Shown here piece after piece: positions 12,486 through 25,922 of a stretch of 64,000 bases of DNA (position 1 is its first letter; each line of letters begins with the position of its first letter). Under the pieces are notes generated by a model, which saw nothing but the letters and a program-made list of their open reading frames with translations, was not told where the DNA came from and did not search any database. The stretch is from Mobula birostris (taxonomy: Eukaryota): positions 135,001,035 through 135,065,034 of the forward strand of contig NC_092375.1 of NCBI RefSeq assembly GCF_030028105.1, written 5' to 3'. The translations under genes and the position numbers were made by a program.

Positions 12486-14489
12486 CAGATCAGATTCATT
12501 TATCTCATGTACAGTGAAACAGAGTGAAATGTGTCATTTACAGTAACAACCAACACACCTAAGGAATGTCACCACACATTCCAGTGCCACCATGATGTGC
12601 TCACAATGCTTGGCAGAACAACAACGAGCACATCAAGACAGAACCTGCCAAGCAACAACAGCAAAACAAGTTCCATTCCTGCCACGCACGCACACGCACA
12701 TGCACACAACAGACACCACACTCACTCACTCTAACCCCAGGACAGACGGTCTTCTTCGACCTCCGGCAGACTCGTAGACATTGAGCCCCAATATTCCAAT
12801 GCACTCGCAAAGATTTGCAGACCTAGGCTCCGGCCATCAGGCCTCAGCTGGACCTCCGATCCAGTGCGGAGTTCACAACTAATCTGGAGATTACCATGTG
12901 GGGACAGCAAGACTGAAGGAGGCTGAGAGATTAGCTCAGTAGAGACCTTTAACATTAGCAAGTGTTTAAGTGGACAGAGATGATGGCTCATAAATACTGT
13001 ATAAAAGAAACATCAATAGATCCAACAACTTAGATCTGTGAATAGTGGGATTTTAGGGTAGAGTAATGAGTATGCAGAAAGCAACAGGTGGTGATGCTCC
13101 CCACTGAGGCTGTTTAACCTGGTGTGGCCATCAAGCTTTTTCTGTTTTTGTCTGAGATGGTGATCCTGATGAGTTGTACTGTATAGAGTGTGACAACAGC
13201 ATAAGGAGTGAGCTAAAAAGCCTGTTCTATGCCCAACAGATTCTTTGTGTTATTGGATCTACAGTTTCTTTGCTTTACAAGTTCTTTGTATTACTCCGTG
13301 ACCTCCTGATTGTGGTGAATTAAGGAGAGTGTGGTCCTTCCCAGTACTTATGCCCAGTTCCTGCCCTGCCATAGAAAATTGTACAAGTAGTAGTTTCTCA
13401 CTTCTGGATAGGCATCAAGATCCAGCTCACTTTACTCCTTCCCTGACTTTTCCTGGTTTGCAAAAACCAAAAGCACGGACCAGTGGAAAACTGGTGGACA
13501 AGAGGAGCTGGTAGAGGGCAAAAAGGGGAGCTAAGAGAAAAATGAGTATCAAGTGTTGGGTCAAAATGTCTCTAAGAAACTTGGTCTGGTGAGCTGGGGA
13601 AAGGAAGAGAACCAGGAGAAGGAGCTGAACAGATCTCATTCTTGGTGCTAGTTCCAGCTACTTATGTTTAAAGACACAATTAAAAGAAAGGAAGAATAAT
13701 ATTTGCATACAGTATCATCTTTCACAATGTCCCAATTTACTTCACAGGCAACAGAGTATATTTTAAAATGTTGCTATGTTGAAAGCACCTGCAAAGAGTA
13801 TGGGTAACTAGTAAGGAAATCCATTCTTCGTGTTGACGTTTGAGGAATAAACATGGACTAGACATTGAGGAGAATTGCTCCACTGTAATTCATTCCCATG
13901 CAGTTTTCTGTCAATTTACAAACATGTAAAGAATTCACCAAGTAAAGGAAAATGCTGATTCAAAGCAGAGTTTAAAAGAACTGAGACACTTATTGATAGC
14001 TACTGCTGCTCTGTACACTTAGTGTGGTTGCCATTACTTTTACAGCAGGAGGAAGTCTTAGCATTTCCTCACAGGGCTTCAGTAACATTGACTCTTAATA
14101 AGCACAACAAACCAAAATTGTCATTTAAGTCTTTTAGGGACTTGGAGGTAACAATATTGTACTTCCATAACCTGTATGAGACATGAGCTTCTGTTTGCCT
14201 CTATTTCCATGGGAGTCACAGTAAGGGATTTAAATCACTAAAGATTCAAACGCACAATGATACACTGTTTTGGCTTTAATATGCAAATTTACATGTAATT
14301 CAGGTTGCTTCCTGTAATACAGAATACTGTTAACAGGAATTGTTAATAGAGACAGAGATATATGATCAACAGCCTGCAAAATCCAAGTACTTTTTGGTTA
14401 TTGGCACTATGGGGATATAATGCCTGCACCAGATATGCTGAATAATGTAGATAATGTTGGACTTGAATCTTGCTGTCTTTGTCTTGAGA

Positions 14490-16292
14490 AGGTATATTAA
14501 GAGCAAAAGGATTGTAAGGGATAAAATTGGTCCTCTTGAAGATCAGAGTGGTCGGCTATGTACAGAACCAAAGGAAATGGGGGAGATCTTAAGTAGGTTT
14601 TTTGCATCTGTATTTACTAAGGAAACTAGCATGAAGTCTATGGAATTGAGGGAATCAAGTAGTGAGATCATGGAAACTGTACAGATTGAAAAGGAGGAGG
14701 TGCATGCTGTCTTGAGGAAAATTAAAGTGGATAAATCCCCGGGACCTGACAGAGTGTTTCCTCGGACCTTGAAGGAGACTAGTGTTGAAATTGCGGGGGC
14801 CCTGGCAGAAATATTTAAAATGTCACTGTCTGCGGGTGAGGTGCCAGAGGATTGGAAAGTGGTTCATGTTGTTCCGTTGTTTAAAAAAGGATCGAAAAGT
14901 AATCCGGGAAATTATAGGCCGGTGAGTTTAACGTCAGTAGTAGGTAAGTTATTGGAGGGAGTACTAAGAGACAGAATCTACAAGCATTTGGATAGACAGG
15001 GGCTTATTAGGGAGAGTCAACATGGCTTTGTGCGTGGTAGGCCATGTTTGACCAATCTGTTGGAGTTTTTCGAGGAGGTTACCAGGAAAGTGGATGAAGG
15101 GAAGGCAGTGGATATTGTCCACATGGACTTCAGTAAGGCCTTTGACAAGGTCCCGCATGGGAGGTTAGTTAGGAAAATTCAGTCGCTAGGTATACATGGA
15201 GAGGTGGTAAATTGGATTAGACATTGGCTCGATGGAAGAAGCCAGAGAGTGGTGGTAGAGAATTGCTTCTCTGAGTGGAGGCCTGTGACTAGTGGTGTGC
15301 CACAGGGATCAGTGCTGGGTCCATTGTTATTTGTCATCTATATCAATGATCTGGATGATAATGTGGTAAATTGGATCAGCAAGTTTGCTGATGATACAAA
15401 GATTGGAGGTGTAGTAGACAGTGAGGAAGGTTTTCAGAGCCTGCAGAGGGACTTGGACCAGCTGGAAAAATGGGCTGAAAAATGGCAGATGGAGTTTAAT
15501 ACAGACAAGTGTGAGGTATTGCACGTTGGAAGGACAAACCAAGGTAGAACATACAGGGTTAATGGTAAGGCAGTGAGGAGTGCAGTAGAACAGAGGGATC
15601 TGGGAATACAGATACAAAATTCCCTAAAAGTAACGTCACAGGTAGATAGGGTCGTAAAGAGAGCTTTTGGTACATTGGCCTTTATTAATCAAAGTATTGA
15701 GTATAAGAGCTGGAATGTTATGATGAGGTTGTATAAGGCATTGGTGAGGCCAAATCTAGAGTATTGTGTTCAGTTTTGGTCACCAAATTACAGGAAGGAT
15801 ATAAATAAGGTTGAAAGAGTGCAGAGACGGTTTACAAGGATGTTGCCGGGACTTGAGAAACTCAGTTACAGAGAAAGGTTGAATAGGTTAGGACTTTATT
15901 CCCTGGAGCGTAGAAGAATGAGGGGAGATTTGATAGAGGTATATAAAATTATGATGGGTATAGATACAGTGAATGCAAGCAGGCTTTTTCCACTGAGGCA
16001 AGGGGAGAAAAAAAACCAGAGGACATGGGTTAAGGGTGAGGGGGGAAAAGTTTAAAGGGAACATTAGGAGGGGCTTCTTCACACAGAGAGTGGTGGGAGT
16101 ATGGAATGAGCTGCCAGATGAGTGGTAAATGCAGGATCTTTTTTAACATTTAAGAATAAATTGGACAGATACATGGATGGGAGGCGTATGGAGGGATATG
16201 GTCCGTGTACAGGTCAGTGGGACTAGACAGAAAATGGTTCGGCACAGCCAAGGACCAAAAGGCCTGTTTCTGTGCTGTAGTTTCTATGGTTT
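14490..16292 (+). mobile_element. 5'-truncated young CR1 LINE with ~510 open codons of ORF2 (RT)
   Basis: ORF 14454-16055 contains [33 protein letters not shown] and KFADDTK. Frameshift at the A-run near 16010; ttctatgg tail. Confidence 0.95.
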
Positions 16293-16340
16293 AAGTAAAG
16301 TTACAGTTGTCCTGACTTTCCTGTATAGAATGTGAAAGGT

Positions 16341-17742
16341 CAGCCCATTGAATCTGCTCAACACTTCGATGATGGGCTGATCCAAATCTTGCAGTCATTC
16401 CTACTCCCCTGCCTTCTCCCCATACCCTTTGATGCCCTGGCTAATCAAGAACCTATCTCTGCCTTAAATGCACCTAATGACTTGGCCTCCCCAGCCATTC
16501 GTGGCAGCAAATTCCACGGATTTACCTCCCTCTGGCTAAAGTAATTTCTCCACTTCTCTGTTCTAAATGGACGTCCTTCAATCCTGAAGTTGTGCCCTCT
16601 TATCCTAGACTCCCCTACCATGAGAAATAACTTTCCCATATCTAATCTGTTCAGGCCTTTCAACATTTGGAATGTTTCTGAGATCTCCCCTCATTCTCCT
16701 GAACTCCAGGGAATACAGCTCAAGAGCTGCCAGACATTCCTCATATGGTAACCCTTTCATTCCTGAAATCATTCTCGTGAATCTTATCTGAACCCTTTCC
16801 AATGTCAATATATCCTTTCTAAAATAAGGAGCCCAGAACTGCACACAATAATCCAAGTGTGGTCTCACGAGTGCCCTATAGAGCCTCAACATCACGTACT
16901 TGTTCTTATATTCTATACCACAGAAATTAATGCCAACATTGCATTTGCCTTCTTCACCACGGATTCAACCTAGAGGTTAACCTTAGGGCATCCCGCACAA
17001 GGACTCCCAAGTCCCTTTGCATCTCTGCATTTTGAATTCTTTCCCCATCTAAACAACAGTCTGCCCATTTATTTCTCCCACCAAAGTGCATGACAATACA
17101 CCTTCCAACATTGTATTTCGTTTGCCACTTCTTTGCCCATTCCCCTAAGTCTCTCTGCAGGCTCTCTGTTTCCTCAACACTACCCGCCTCTCCACCTATC
17201 TTTGTATCATTGGCATATTTAGCCACAAATCCATTAATCCCATAGTCCAAATCATTGACATACATCATAAAAAGCAGCGGTCCCAACACCGATGCCTTTG
17301 GAACTCCACTGATAACTGGTAGCCAGCCAGAATAGGATCCCTTTATTCCCACTCCGTTTTCTGCCAGTCAGCCAATGCTCCACCCATGCTAGTAACTCTC
17401 CTGTAATTCCATGGGCTGTTATCTTGCTAAGCAGCCTCATGTGCGACACCTTGTCAAAGGCCGCCTGAAAATCCAAGTACATCACATCTACTACATCTCC
17501 TTTGTCAACCCTGCTTGTAATTTCCTCAAAAAACTGCAGTAGGTTAGTCAGACAGGATTTTCCTTTCAGGAAACCATGCTGACTTTGGCCTATCTTGTCA
17601 TATGCCTCCAGGTACTCAGTAATCTCATCCCTAACAATCGATTCCAACAACTTTCCAACCACTGATGTCAGGCTAACAGGTCTATGGTTTCCTTTCTGCT
17701 GCCTCCCACTCTTCTTAAATAGCAAAATAACATTTGCAATTT
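16341..17742 (-). mobile_element. CR1 LINE ORF2 3' portion
   Basis: Minus-strand ORFs with QHGFLKGKSCLTNL, DFQAAFDKV and LVRPHLDYCVQFW. Confidence 0.92.
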
Positions 17743-17954
17743 TATTATGTTCTAATGTAATGAATGCCGGGGAAAGGCAGCATCATTTGCTGAGACCTCT
17801 AGTGGGGATTTTGTTCTCATCTAGCACAAACACAATGGATAAAATGATACCCACTGTTGTAAATGGACAGATTAGTCGGCTCCTTCCAAATCTACCTCAA
17901 CCAGTTAGAAGTTTGGTGGAATTATTGATAATGCACAAGGTTGTCATTGATTAG

Positions 17955-18555
17955 AACAGGTCAGGATGTAGAGCTGAGCTGAGTAGTGGCAGATGGAGTT
18001 CCATTCAGAAAGCTGAAGTGATTCACTTTGGAAGGTTGAACTTGAAGGCAGAATACAAGGTTAATGGCAGGATTAATTAGCCATGTGGAGGAACAGAGGG
18101 ATGTTGGGGTCCTCATCCATTGATCCCTCAAAGTTGCTACACAAATTGATAGGGTGGTTAAGAAGCCATATGGTGCGTTGTCCTTCATTAGTTCGGGAAA
18201 TGATTCAAGAGCCATGCGATAATGTTGTAGCTCTATAAAACTCTGGTTAGACCACACTTGGGAATACTGTGTTCATTTCTGGTCACCTTATTATAGGAAG
18301 TTGCTTTAGACAGGGTGTAGAAGAGATTTACTAGGATGCTGCCTTGGTTAGAGAGCTTGCCTTATGGGGATGGGTTGAGTTTTCTCTTTGGGTCAAAGGA
18401 GAATGGAGGGTGACTTGACAGAGATGTACAAGATGACATGAGGCATAGATTGAGCAGATAGCCAGGGCAGAGTTAGACTGATCTTAGAGTAGGTTTAAAG
18501 GCCAGTACAACATCGTGGGCTGAAATGCCTGTACTGTGCTGTATGTTCTAGTTCT
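17955..18555 (+). mobile_element. CR1 LINE 3' fragment
   Basis: Decayed ORF2 end and 3' UTR. Confidence 0.8.
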
Positions 18556-18839
18556 ATAAGCCACAAGGATGTTGCCCTCCTAGCCACATGCCATGGTGGC
18601 TTGGAAATACATGGCCATTTCTTTACTGTCACTGGGTCAAAATCCTGGAATTCTTCCTAACAGTTGTTATGAGTACACCCACACCTCATTGACTGCAACT
18701 CATCATCTCAAGGACAATCAGGGATGGGTAATTAAATGCTGGAAGCCTGCATCTTTTAAGTGATTTTTTTTTAAGTTTATCATTGCACAGTTCTATGCCT
18801 AGCTGTCCCATCTCTTCATGACTTCTATAAAGTTATATC

Positions 18840-19084
18840 TTATTTTTTCTTTGTTATAATGAATTGACAAAGTACGTATTTAATAAGAAAGAACAGGGCT
18901 GCAGTCCCTTGAGATGAATTCAGGAAGTGCTTATCATTGACATACTGGATGATGGTTGTCACGGCTGCCATGGTTTCCTCACAGCAGGGCTGGATCTGAT
19001 CTTCGGGGAGTATGAAGTGATAGGTCGCATTGCCCCCAATCCCAAGGTCAGCTGCCCGGTCACGTGAGGTGCCAGATGTTTTAT
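18840..19084 (-). pseudogene. CPO: CPO pseudogene, last coding exon; catalytic Glu270 segment deleted
   Basis: ttttag acceptor. Translates (Y)KTSGTSRDRAADLGIGGNATYHFILPEDQIQPCCEETMAAV...NSS plus hydrophobic tail, versus human CPO [50 protein letters not shown]. Arg at CPA position 255 is the CPO hallmark. About 8 codons (PFSYTFEL) are missing. Confidence 0.9.
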
Positions 19085-19417
19085 CTAAAAGAGGGAACAT
19101 TCAGGCTGTTAGAGCAGTATTTTTCAATCCTCCATACAACGACATCACAAAGGCACTTCCATCCATCCTAACCCCAGGCCATCAATGCAGGACGTTCTCA
19201 AAGCACCGTGTCCTACCCTGGACCTAGCTTACGATAGGACATTGAAAGGATGAGAAGTGGCAGATGGCATTCAACCCAGAAAAGTATGGAGTAATTCACT
19301 TTGGAAGGTCAAATTTTAAGGCAGAATACTGGGTAAATGGTTGGATTTTTAAAAGGGTAGAGGGATGTTGTGGTTCATCTCCAATCCCTCAAAGTTGCCA
19401 CACAAATTGACAGGGTT

Positions 19418-20470
19418 AGAAACATTAAAAACCCATGGCACAGTACAGGCCCTTCAGCCCACAAAGCTATGCCGAACATAGCTAGGGTTACCCATAGCCC
19501 TCTATTTTTCTAAGCTCCATGTACCTATCCAGGAGTCTCTTAAAAGATCCTATCGTATCTGCCTCCACCACCATCACTGGCAGCCCATTCCACACACTCA
19601 CTAATCTCTGCGTTAAAAAAAACTTATGCCCAACATCTCCTCTGTACCTACTTCCAAGCACCTTAAAATTGTGCCCTCTTGTACTAGCCGTTTCAGCCCT
19701 GGGGAAAAAGCCTCTGACTATCCACATGATCAATGCCTGTCATCATCTTATACACCTCTATCAGGTCACCTCTCATCCTCCATCGCTCCAAGGAGAAAAA
19801 GCCAAGTTCACTCAACCTGTTTTCATAAGGCATGCTCCCCAATCCAGGCAACATCCTTGTAAATCTCCCCTGCACACTTTCAATGGTTTCCACATACTTC
19901 CTGTAGTAAGGCAAGCAGAACGGAGCACAGTACTCCAAGTGGGGTCTGACCAGGGTCTAATATAGCTGCAACATTACCTCTTGGCTCCTAAACTCAATCC
20001 CACGATTGATGAAGGCCGATGTACCGTATGCTTTCTTAACCACAGAGTCAACCTGCGCAGCAGCTTTGAGAATCCTATGGACTCAGACCCCAAGATCCCT
20101 CTAATCCTCCACGCTGCCAAGAGTCTTACCATTAGTGCTATATTTTGCCATCATATTTGACCTACCAAAATGAACCACCTCACACTTATCTGGGTTGAAC
20201 TCCAGCTGCCACTTCTCAGCCCAGTTTTGCATCCTATCAATGTAAACTCTGACAGCCCTCCACACTGTCCACAACACCCCCAATCTTTGTGTCATCAGCA
20301 AATTTACTAACCCATTCCTCCACTTCCTCATCCAGGTTATTTATAAAAATCACAAAGAGTAGGGGTCCCAGAACAGATCCCTGAGGCACACCACTGGTCA
20401 CCAACCTCCATGCAGAATATGACCCAACTACAACCACTCTTTGCTTTCTGTGGGCAAGCCAGTTCTAGAT
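19418..20470 (-). mobile_element. CR1 LINE 3' portion in a CPO intron
   Basis: [32 protein letters not shown]. Confidence 0.92.
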
Positions 20471-21105
20471 CCACTGTATTGTTGGAGTTACAGCACCTTA
20501 CTTTATAATATTTAATATAATGCAACAGTTATAAAGGCCTACTGTATAGAAACAAGCCCTTGGGCTCACCTATCAAACACTTCAATGCTAATCCTATATT
20601 AATCCCATGTTGCTCTTCCCACTTTCCCACCAATTCCCCTAAGTTTCTACCGTTCGCCTACATACGAGGATCAATATCCAGTAGCCAATTAACCAACAAA
20701 CCAATCTTACCAGCTGACAGAATATTTTATCAATGCCAACAATGTTATCCAATTTCCACAAGTTTCCTTTATGAAATCTGATAATCAGAAATTAATTTTT
20801 CCTACAAAGCGATATGTTAAGGCACCCACTTCTAGTTGTAGTAGCCATATTATTGGAAAACATTCACAACTGAAGTTGAAAGCAGTCAACACTTTTCCAA
20901 ACATAATGAAAGGTCAGCAGACTGAAGCATTAATTCCATCTCACTTCACTCTGCTAAGCACCCCCAGCCTTTTCTCTTTTTATTTCAGATTTCCAACATC
21001 TGTGGTTTCTTTTTTGCTGTTAGCTTACGTTAGGAGAGACCTTGGAGGGACCATTGAGAGGTATTTGCATAAATGGAAGGATTAGTAAGTAGAGATGAAA
21101 TTTAC

Positions 21106-21179
21106 AAAGAATCCATGAGGAAGTACTTGGTTCCATACTTCTGCTTCAAAGCTGTGGCTGCCATCTTTGCAACTTGCAC
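21106..21179 (-). pseudogene. CPO: CPO pseudogene exon, frameshifted (about 11 nt short)
   Basis: ttccag acceptor, gtaaat donor. Translates VQVAKMAATALKQKYGTKY (human IQVGQKAANALKAKYGTNYRVGSSADIL). Length 74 nt versus 85 expected from the human peptide. Confidence 0.88.
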
Positions 21180-22579
21180 CTGGAAAATAACAGAGCAGCA
21201 ACTCTCATTCTGAAGGACATTGCAAGAACAAACTTAAGACATCAAAACTCTCAGCACAGGTCATTTTCGTATCTTAATGGATTTCAAATTAACTGCAGTA
21301 ATTATGCAATCAACCTCATCCCTTTATTGTCCTTCTGAGTATGAGACACTAGTCTTCTTTAAATGTATCTCTCTCACACACTCACATTCCCCCACCACTC
21401 CCCCCCCCCCGGGAAGCAAGCTGCAATCTTCATGACCCCATCTCTCAAAATCTCAGTTTACACTGTGGGCAGGCTGTTAGTGCTTGGACTACGGACTACT
21501 GAGGAGACTAATACTGAGAAAACATTCTATTGGTGGCCAAGGCTTGTGCAATTGGTGAACAATTAGAGAACTGTAATCTTGTGATCAGGGCTGTGAAAAT
21601 CTGGAGACCAGTTAGGAGCAGTTTCTGGTTATTAGGTCGGAGATGTGGGTGGGGAGAGTGATTATCATCAGGAGGGGGAGGGGAAGGCAAGAGAAGTCAG
21701 CTGGGCAAGTCTTCCAGCCAGAAATGCATCATGGGGATTGAGAGTTTATTGATAGAAGTGGTGGTGTGCCAGCAAAGGAAATAAGATCACTAGACATAGC
21801 TGAATTGGGCCATTCAGCCCATTCAGTCTGTTCTATGATTCGATCAAGGCTGATTTATTTTCCCTCTCAACCCTATTCTCCTGCCTTCTTCCAACCTTTG
21901 ACACCCTTACTAATCAAGAACTCTGTTTTAAATATACGCAATTACTTGGCCTCCTGTGGCAACGAATTAATGTTGAAAAACTAATGGAAGTAGAACACAG
22001 TGCATTTCTACACCATTTTTCATGACTGCAGGATGTCTTGGAGTATTTTGCTGCCAATCATATGCATTTAACAATGCATTTGCTCTAGCACCCAATTTGC
22101 ACACAGTAAGGTCTCACAAGCAATGATTAGATGCTGTCCATGGGACTACTTCAATAGTGCTGGAGGAGAGGGAGCCCATGCCAGACTATAGTTGTCCTTT
22201 AGAGGATGCTGTACGATCTTCCTGAGAGCCAACAAGGTGGCAATGTGGTGGCAACGATGAGTTTCCTCCAGTTTCTATCTATTGAAGTGAAAACAGGCAC
22301 TGGTTCACGGTGGTGACACAGCCCTGCCGTCACCCTCTCCACTACTGAGCACATTTTCCAAGAGTGCTGCCACAAGAGAGCAGCATCTATCATGAAGGAC
22401 CCCTATCTCTCTCCCTTCTCACTACTACCATAGGGATGGAGGTACAGAAGCCTTAGGTCCCACACCACCAGCTTCAGGAACAGTTTTCACCCTACAACCA
22501 TTTAGGATCCTGAACCAATGAAGCTAACTTCACTCACCCCAACACTAAACTGACTCCACAGCCTATGAACTCACGTTCA

Positions 22580-24770
22580 CGTGTTTAAGGTAAAGGAATT
22601 ATTAGGGGCCAGTGATCATAATATGAAAGAATTCACCCTGCAATTTGAGATGGAGATGCTAAAGTCAGATGTATCAGTATTACAGTGGAGTAAAGGGAGT
22701 TACAGAGGCATGAGAGAGGAGCTGGCCAAAGTTGATTGGAAGGTGACATGTGCAGGGATGATGACAGAGCAGCAATGGCTGGAATTTCTGGGAGCAATTT
22801 GGAAGCACAGGATAGATACATCCCAAAAAAAGTATTCTAAAAGGTAGAATGATGCAACTGTGGCCAATAAGTGAAGTCAAGGCCAGCTTAAAACCAAAGA
22901 GAGGGCATGTAATAGAGCAACAATTACTGGGAAGTTAGAGGATTGGGAAACTTTAAGAAAAAACAGTAGGCAAATAAAAAAGTCATAAAGCGTGAAAAGA
23001 TGGAATATAAAGGTAATAGTCAATAATATTAAAAGGATACCAAAAGTTTCTTCAAATATATAAAGAGTAAAAGAGAGGCAATAGTAAATATCAGACCACT
23101 GGAAAACAATGCTGGAGGACAAGGAAATGGCAGAAGTGAGTGAAGTTGCCATTACCAGGAAGAAGGTGCTTGGGAAACTGAAACATCTGAAGGTAGATAA
23201 ATCACTTGGACCAGATGGTCTACACCCCAGAATTTTGAAAGAGGTGGCTGATGAGATTGTAGAGGCATTAGTAATGATCTTTCAAGAATCAGCACATTCT
23301 GGCATGGTTCCACAGGACTGGAAAATTGTAAATGTCACCCCGCTCTTCAAGAAGGGAGAGAAGCAGAAGAAAGGAAATTATAAACCAGTTAGTCTGACCT
23401 CTGTGGTTCGGAAGATGTTGGAGTCGATTGTTAAGGAAATGTTTTCAGGATAACTTGGAGGCACATGATAAAATAGGCTATTATCAACATAGTTTCCTTA
23501 AAGGAAAATCTTGCTGACAAATCTGTTGGAATTCTTTGAAGTAACAACAAGCAGGATAGACAAAGGAGAATCGGTGGATGCTATGTACTTGGAATTTCAG
23601 AAGGCCTTTGTCAAAGTGCCACACGTGAGGCTGTTAAACAGATTAAGAGCCCATGGTATTACAGGATAAATACTAGCATGGATGGGACATTAGCTGATTA
23701 GCAGGAGGCAAAGAGTGGGAATAAAGGGAGCCTTTTCTGTTTGACTGCCAGTGACTAGTAGTGTTCCACAGGGGACTGTGTTGGGATTGCTTCTTTTTAT
23801 GTTATATGCCAATGATTTGGATGATGGAATTGTTGGCTATGTGGCCATGTTTGTGAATGATAAGAAGAGAGGTGGAGGGCCAGGTAGTGTTGAGGAAGCA
23901 GAGGTGCCGCAGAAGAACTTAGACAGATTAGGAGAAGGGGCAAAGAAGTGGCAGATGGAATACAGTGTCAAGGAGTATATGATCATGCACTTTTGTTAGA
24001 AGAAATAGAAGTGTAGACTATTTTCTAAGTGGAGAGAAAATTCAAAAATCCAAAGTACAAAGTGACTTAGGAGTCCTCATGTAGGATTCCCTAAAGGTTA
24101 CTTTGCAGGCTAAGTCAGTGGTGAGAAAGGCAAATGAAATGTTGGCATTAATTTCAAGAGGACTAGAATATAAAACTAAAGATGTAATGTTGAGGCTCTA
24201 TAAAGCACTGGTAAGGCTTCACGTGGAATATTGAGAGCAGTTTTGGGCCCCTGATCTAAGAAAGGATGTGCTGGCATTGGAGAGGGTTCAGAGGACATTC
24301 ACAAGAATGATTCTGAGAATGAAAGGGCCACCACATGAGGACTGATCGATGGCTCTGATCCTATACTCACTGGAATTCAGAAGAATGAGGGAAGATCTCA
24401 TTGAAACCTATCAAAAGTTGACAGGCCTTGATAGAGGGGGTACGGAGAGGATATCTCCTATGGTGGAGGAGTCTAGGACCAGCGGGCACAGACTCAGAAT
24501 AGAGGGATGTCCATTTAGAATGAAGATGAGGAGGAATCTCCTTAACCAGAAAATGGTGAATCTGTGGAATTTGTTGCCACGGGTGACTGGAGGCCAAGTC
24601 ATTGGGTATATTTAAGGCAGAGGTTGAAGGTTTCTTGCTTAGTCAGAGCACGTAGGGTTATGGGAGTAGGCAGGAGACTGGAGCTGAGAAGGAAATGGAA
24701 TAACCGTGATGAAATGGTGGAGCAGACTTGAAAGGCCAAATGGCCTAATTCCACTCCTATATCTTACGGT
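22580..24770 (+). mobile_element. CR1 LINE ORF2, decayed
   Basis: SDHN endonuclease end, GPDGLHPRILKE, VPQGTVLG; cctatatcttacgg tail. Confidence 0.9.
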
Positions 24771-25479
24771 CCCTTCTACAATGTAGAAGATACAGTGAAT
24801 ATGTGCACAGTTGCTATGGCAGCAACTGGAATAATCTTCACCTTCAGCAATAAGAATGATGGCTATAACGATGGGAAGAAAATCAAGCTTGGCAGCTCAA
24901 CCAAAAATGACAAACCCCAGTACACAGCACACCCTCGATACTATACTGGAATGTCAATCCAGAGATCAGGCTAAGTTTAAGCACTCAAATAGCTGGAACG
25001 ATCTGGTTGAATGATGTCACAACCACAACCTTGCACTCAATGTCAACAAGACCAAAGAACCAACTATAGACTCCAGGAAGGGAAAGTTGGGAGAACACAT
25101 ACCAATCCTCATTGAGGGGTCAGCAGTAGAAAGGGTCAGCATCTTTATGTTCCTGGGCTTTATAAGGCCTTCTGTCCCATCTCACCCCAAGTGTGCTGCA
25201 CTGCCCTTCGCTGAGCCCCGTGATTCCACTGTCACCACTGACCTCTGCTGCATTGGATGTGCAAAGAGATTAGGAGACAGGAAGATAACACGATACACGC
25301 TACCAGAAGAAACCTTGATGCTGATGGCTGTGGTGGATATATAAGAGACAGCATGTTTGATCAGTCCATTAATCTTTGATTGATATAAAATAAGTTAGAA
25401 ATCATTGATAGGCAACCAAATCATCGTAAGTGCTAACTTGCAAATCAGAAGGGATAAAGGGTGAGAGAGCTCCACTTAC

Positions 25480-25570
25480 TGCACCAGTGTGCACCGAAGT
25501 TCCTGTTGAGATCAGTTCCAAAGCAGGTGCTGTTGCTGTACGGAGACATGGACTTTCTCCACAGACGATC
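25480..25570 (-). pseudogene. CPO: CPO pseudogene exon (Arg127 and Asn144-Arg145 motifs)
   Basis: ctcag acceptor, A|gtaagt donor. Translates [30 protein letters not shown] (human [30 protein letters not shown]). Confidence 0.92.
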
Positions 25571-25644
25571 CTGAGATGGAGAAGGATGTTGAACTTGTGA
25601 TTAACTCCTGCAGAATGCAACAGAGCATTTCAGATCATACTTAC

Positions 25645-25754
25645 TGTTGTCCAGGAGTAAAGGTAGCCATCGATGTTCATAACCGGTAGACATAGAATTC
25701 AATGTTTTGGAGGAAACGATCCATTTTAGGGTCTGGGGTGTAGGTCTCTAATAC
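25645..25754 (-). pseudogene. CPO: CPO pseudogene exon with 1-nt deletion and damaged acceptor
   Basis: Reads VLETYTPDPKMDRFLQNIEFYV, then a frameshift, then PVMNIDGYLYSWTT|gtaagt. Length 110 nt versus 111. The acceptor reads tcaa|GTA. A 74-nt intron separates it from the next exon. Confidence 0.9.
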
Positions 25755-25922
25755 TTGACACATACAACATAATAACAGCTTAAAGAGAGTGATTGGATAT
25801 ATTGCATGGGTAATTACTTATGGGGCTTACCTTGACTGTGACTCATATTGGACTTGCCTTGTTGATACCCAAAAGACGCATTGAGTTTCAGATGTCATTG
25901 CTTCATATTAACAATATGATAG

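Noticed and set aside
14281-14288. Octamer ATGCAAAT
   Set aside because: A single 8-mer is expected by chance in 64 kb of AT-rich DNA.
14454-16055. 533-aa ORF as a host gene or domesticated RT
   Set aside because: It is a 5'-truncated CR1 ORF2. The ATG comes from flanking DNA and the C-terminus is frameshifted; an open frame only shows the copy is young.
21500-21660. Possible missing SEPET exon (aaccagaaact)
   Set aside because: Only a 3-codon match; no HSY motif and no splice sites.
25645-25754. Using this exon's two lesions alone as proof of pseudogenisation
   Set aside because: Both could be homopolymer contractions (GG to G, CC to C) from sequencing error. The call rests on the 11-nt and 24-nt deletions in other exons.
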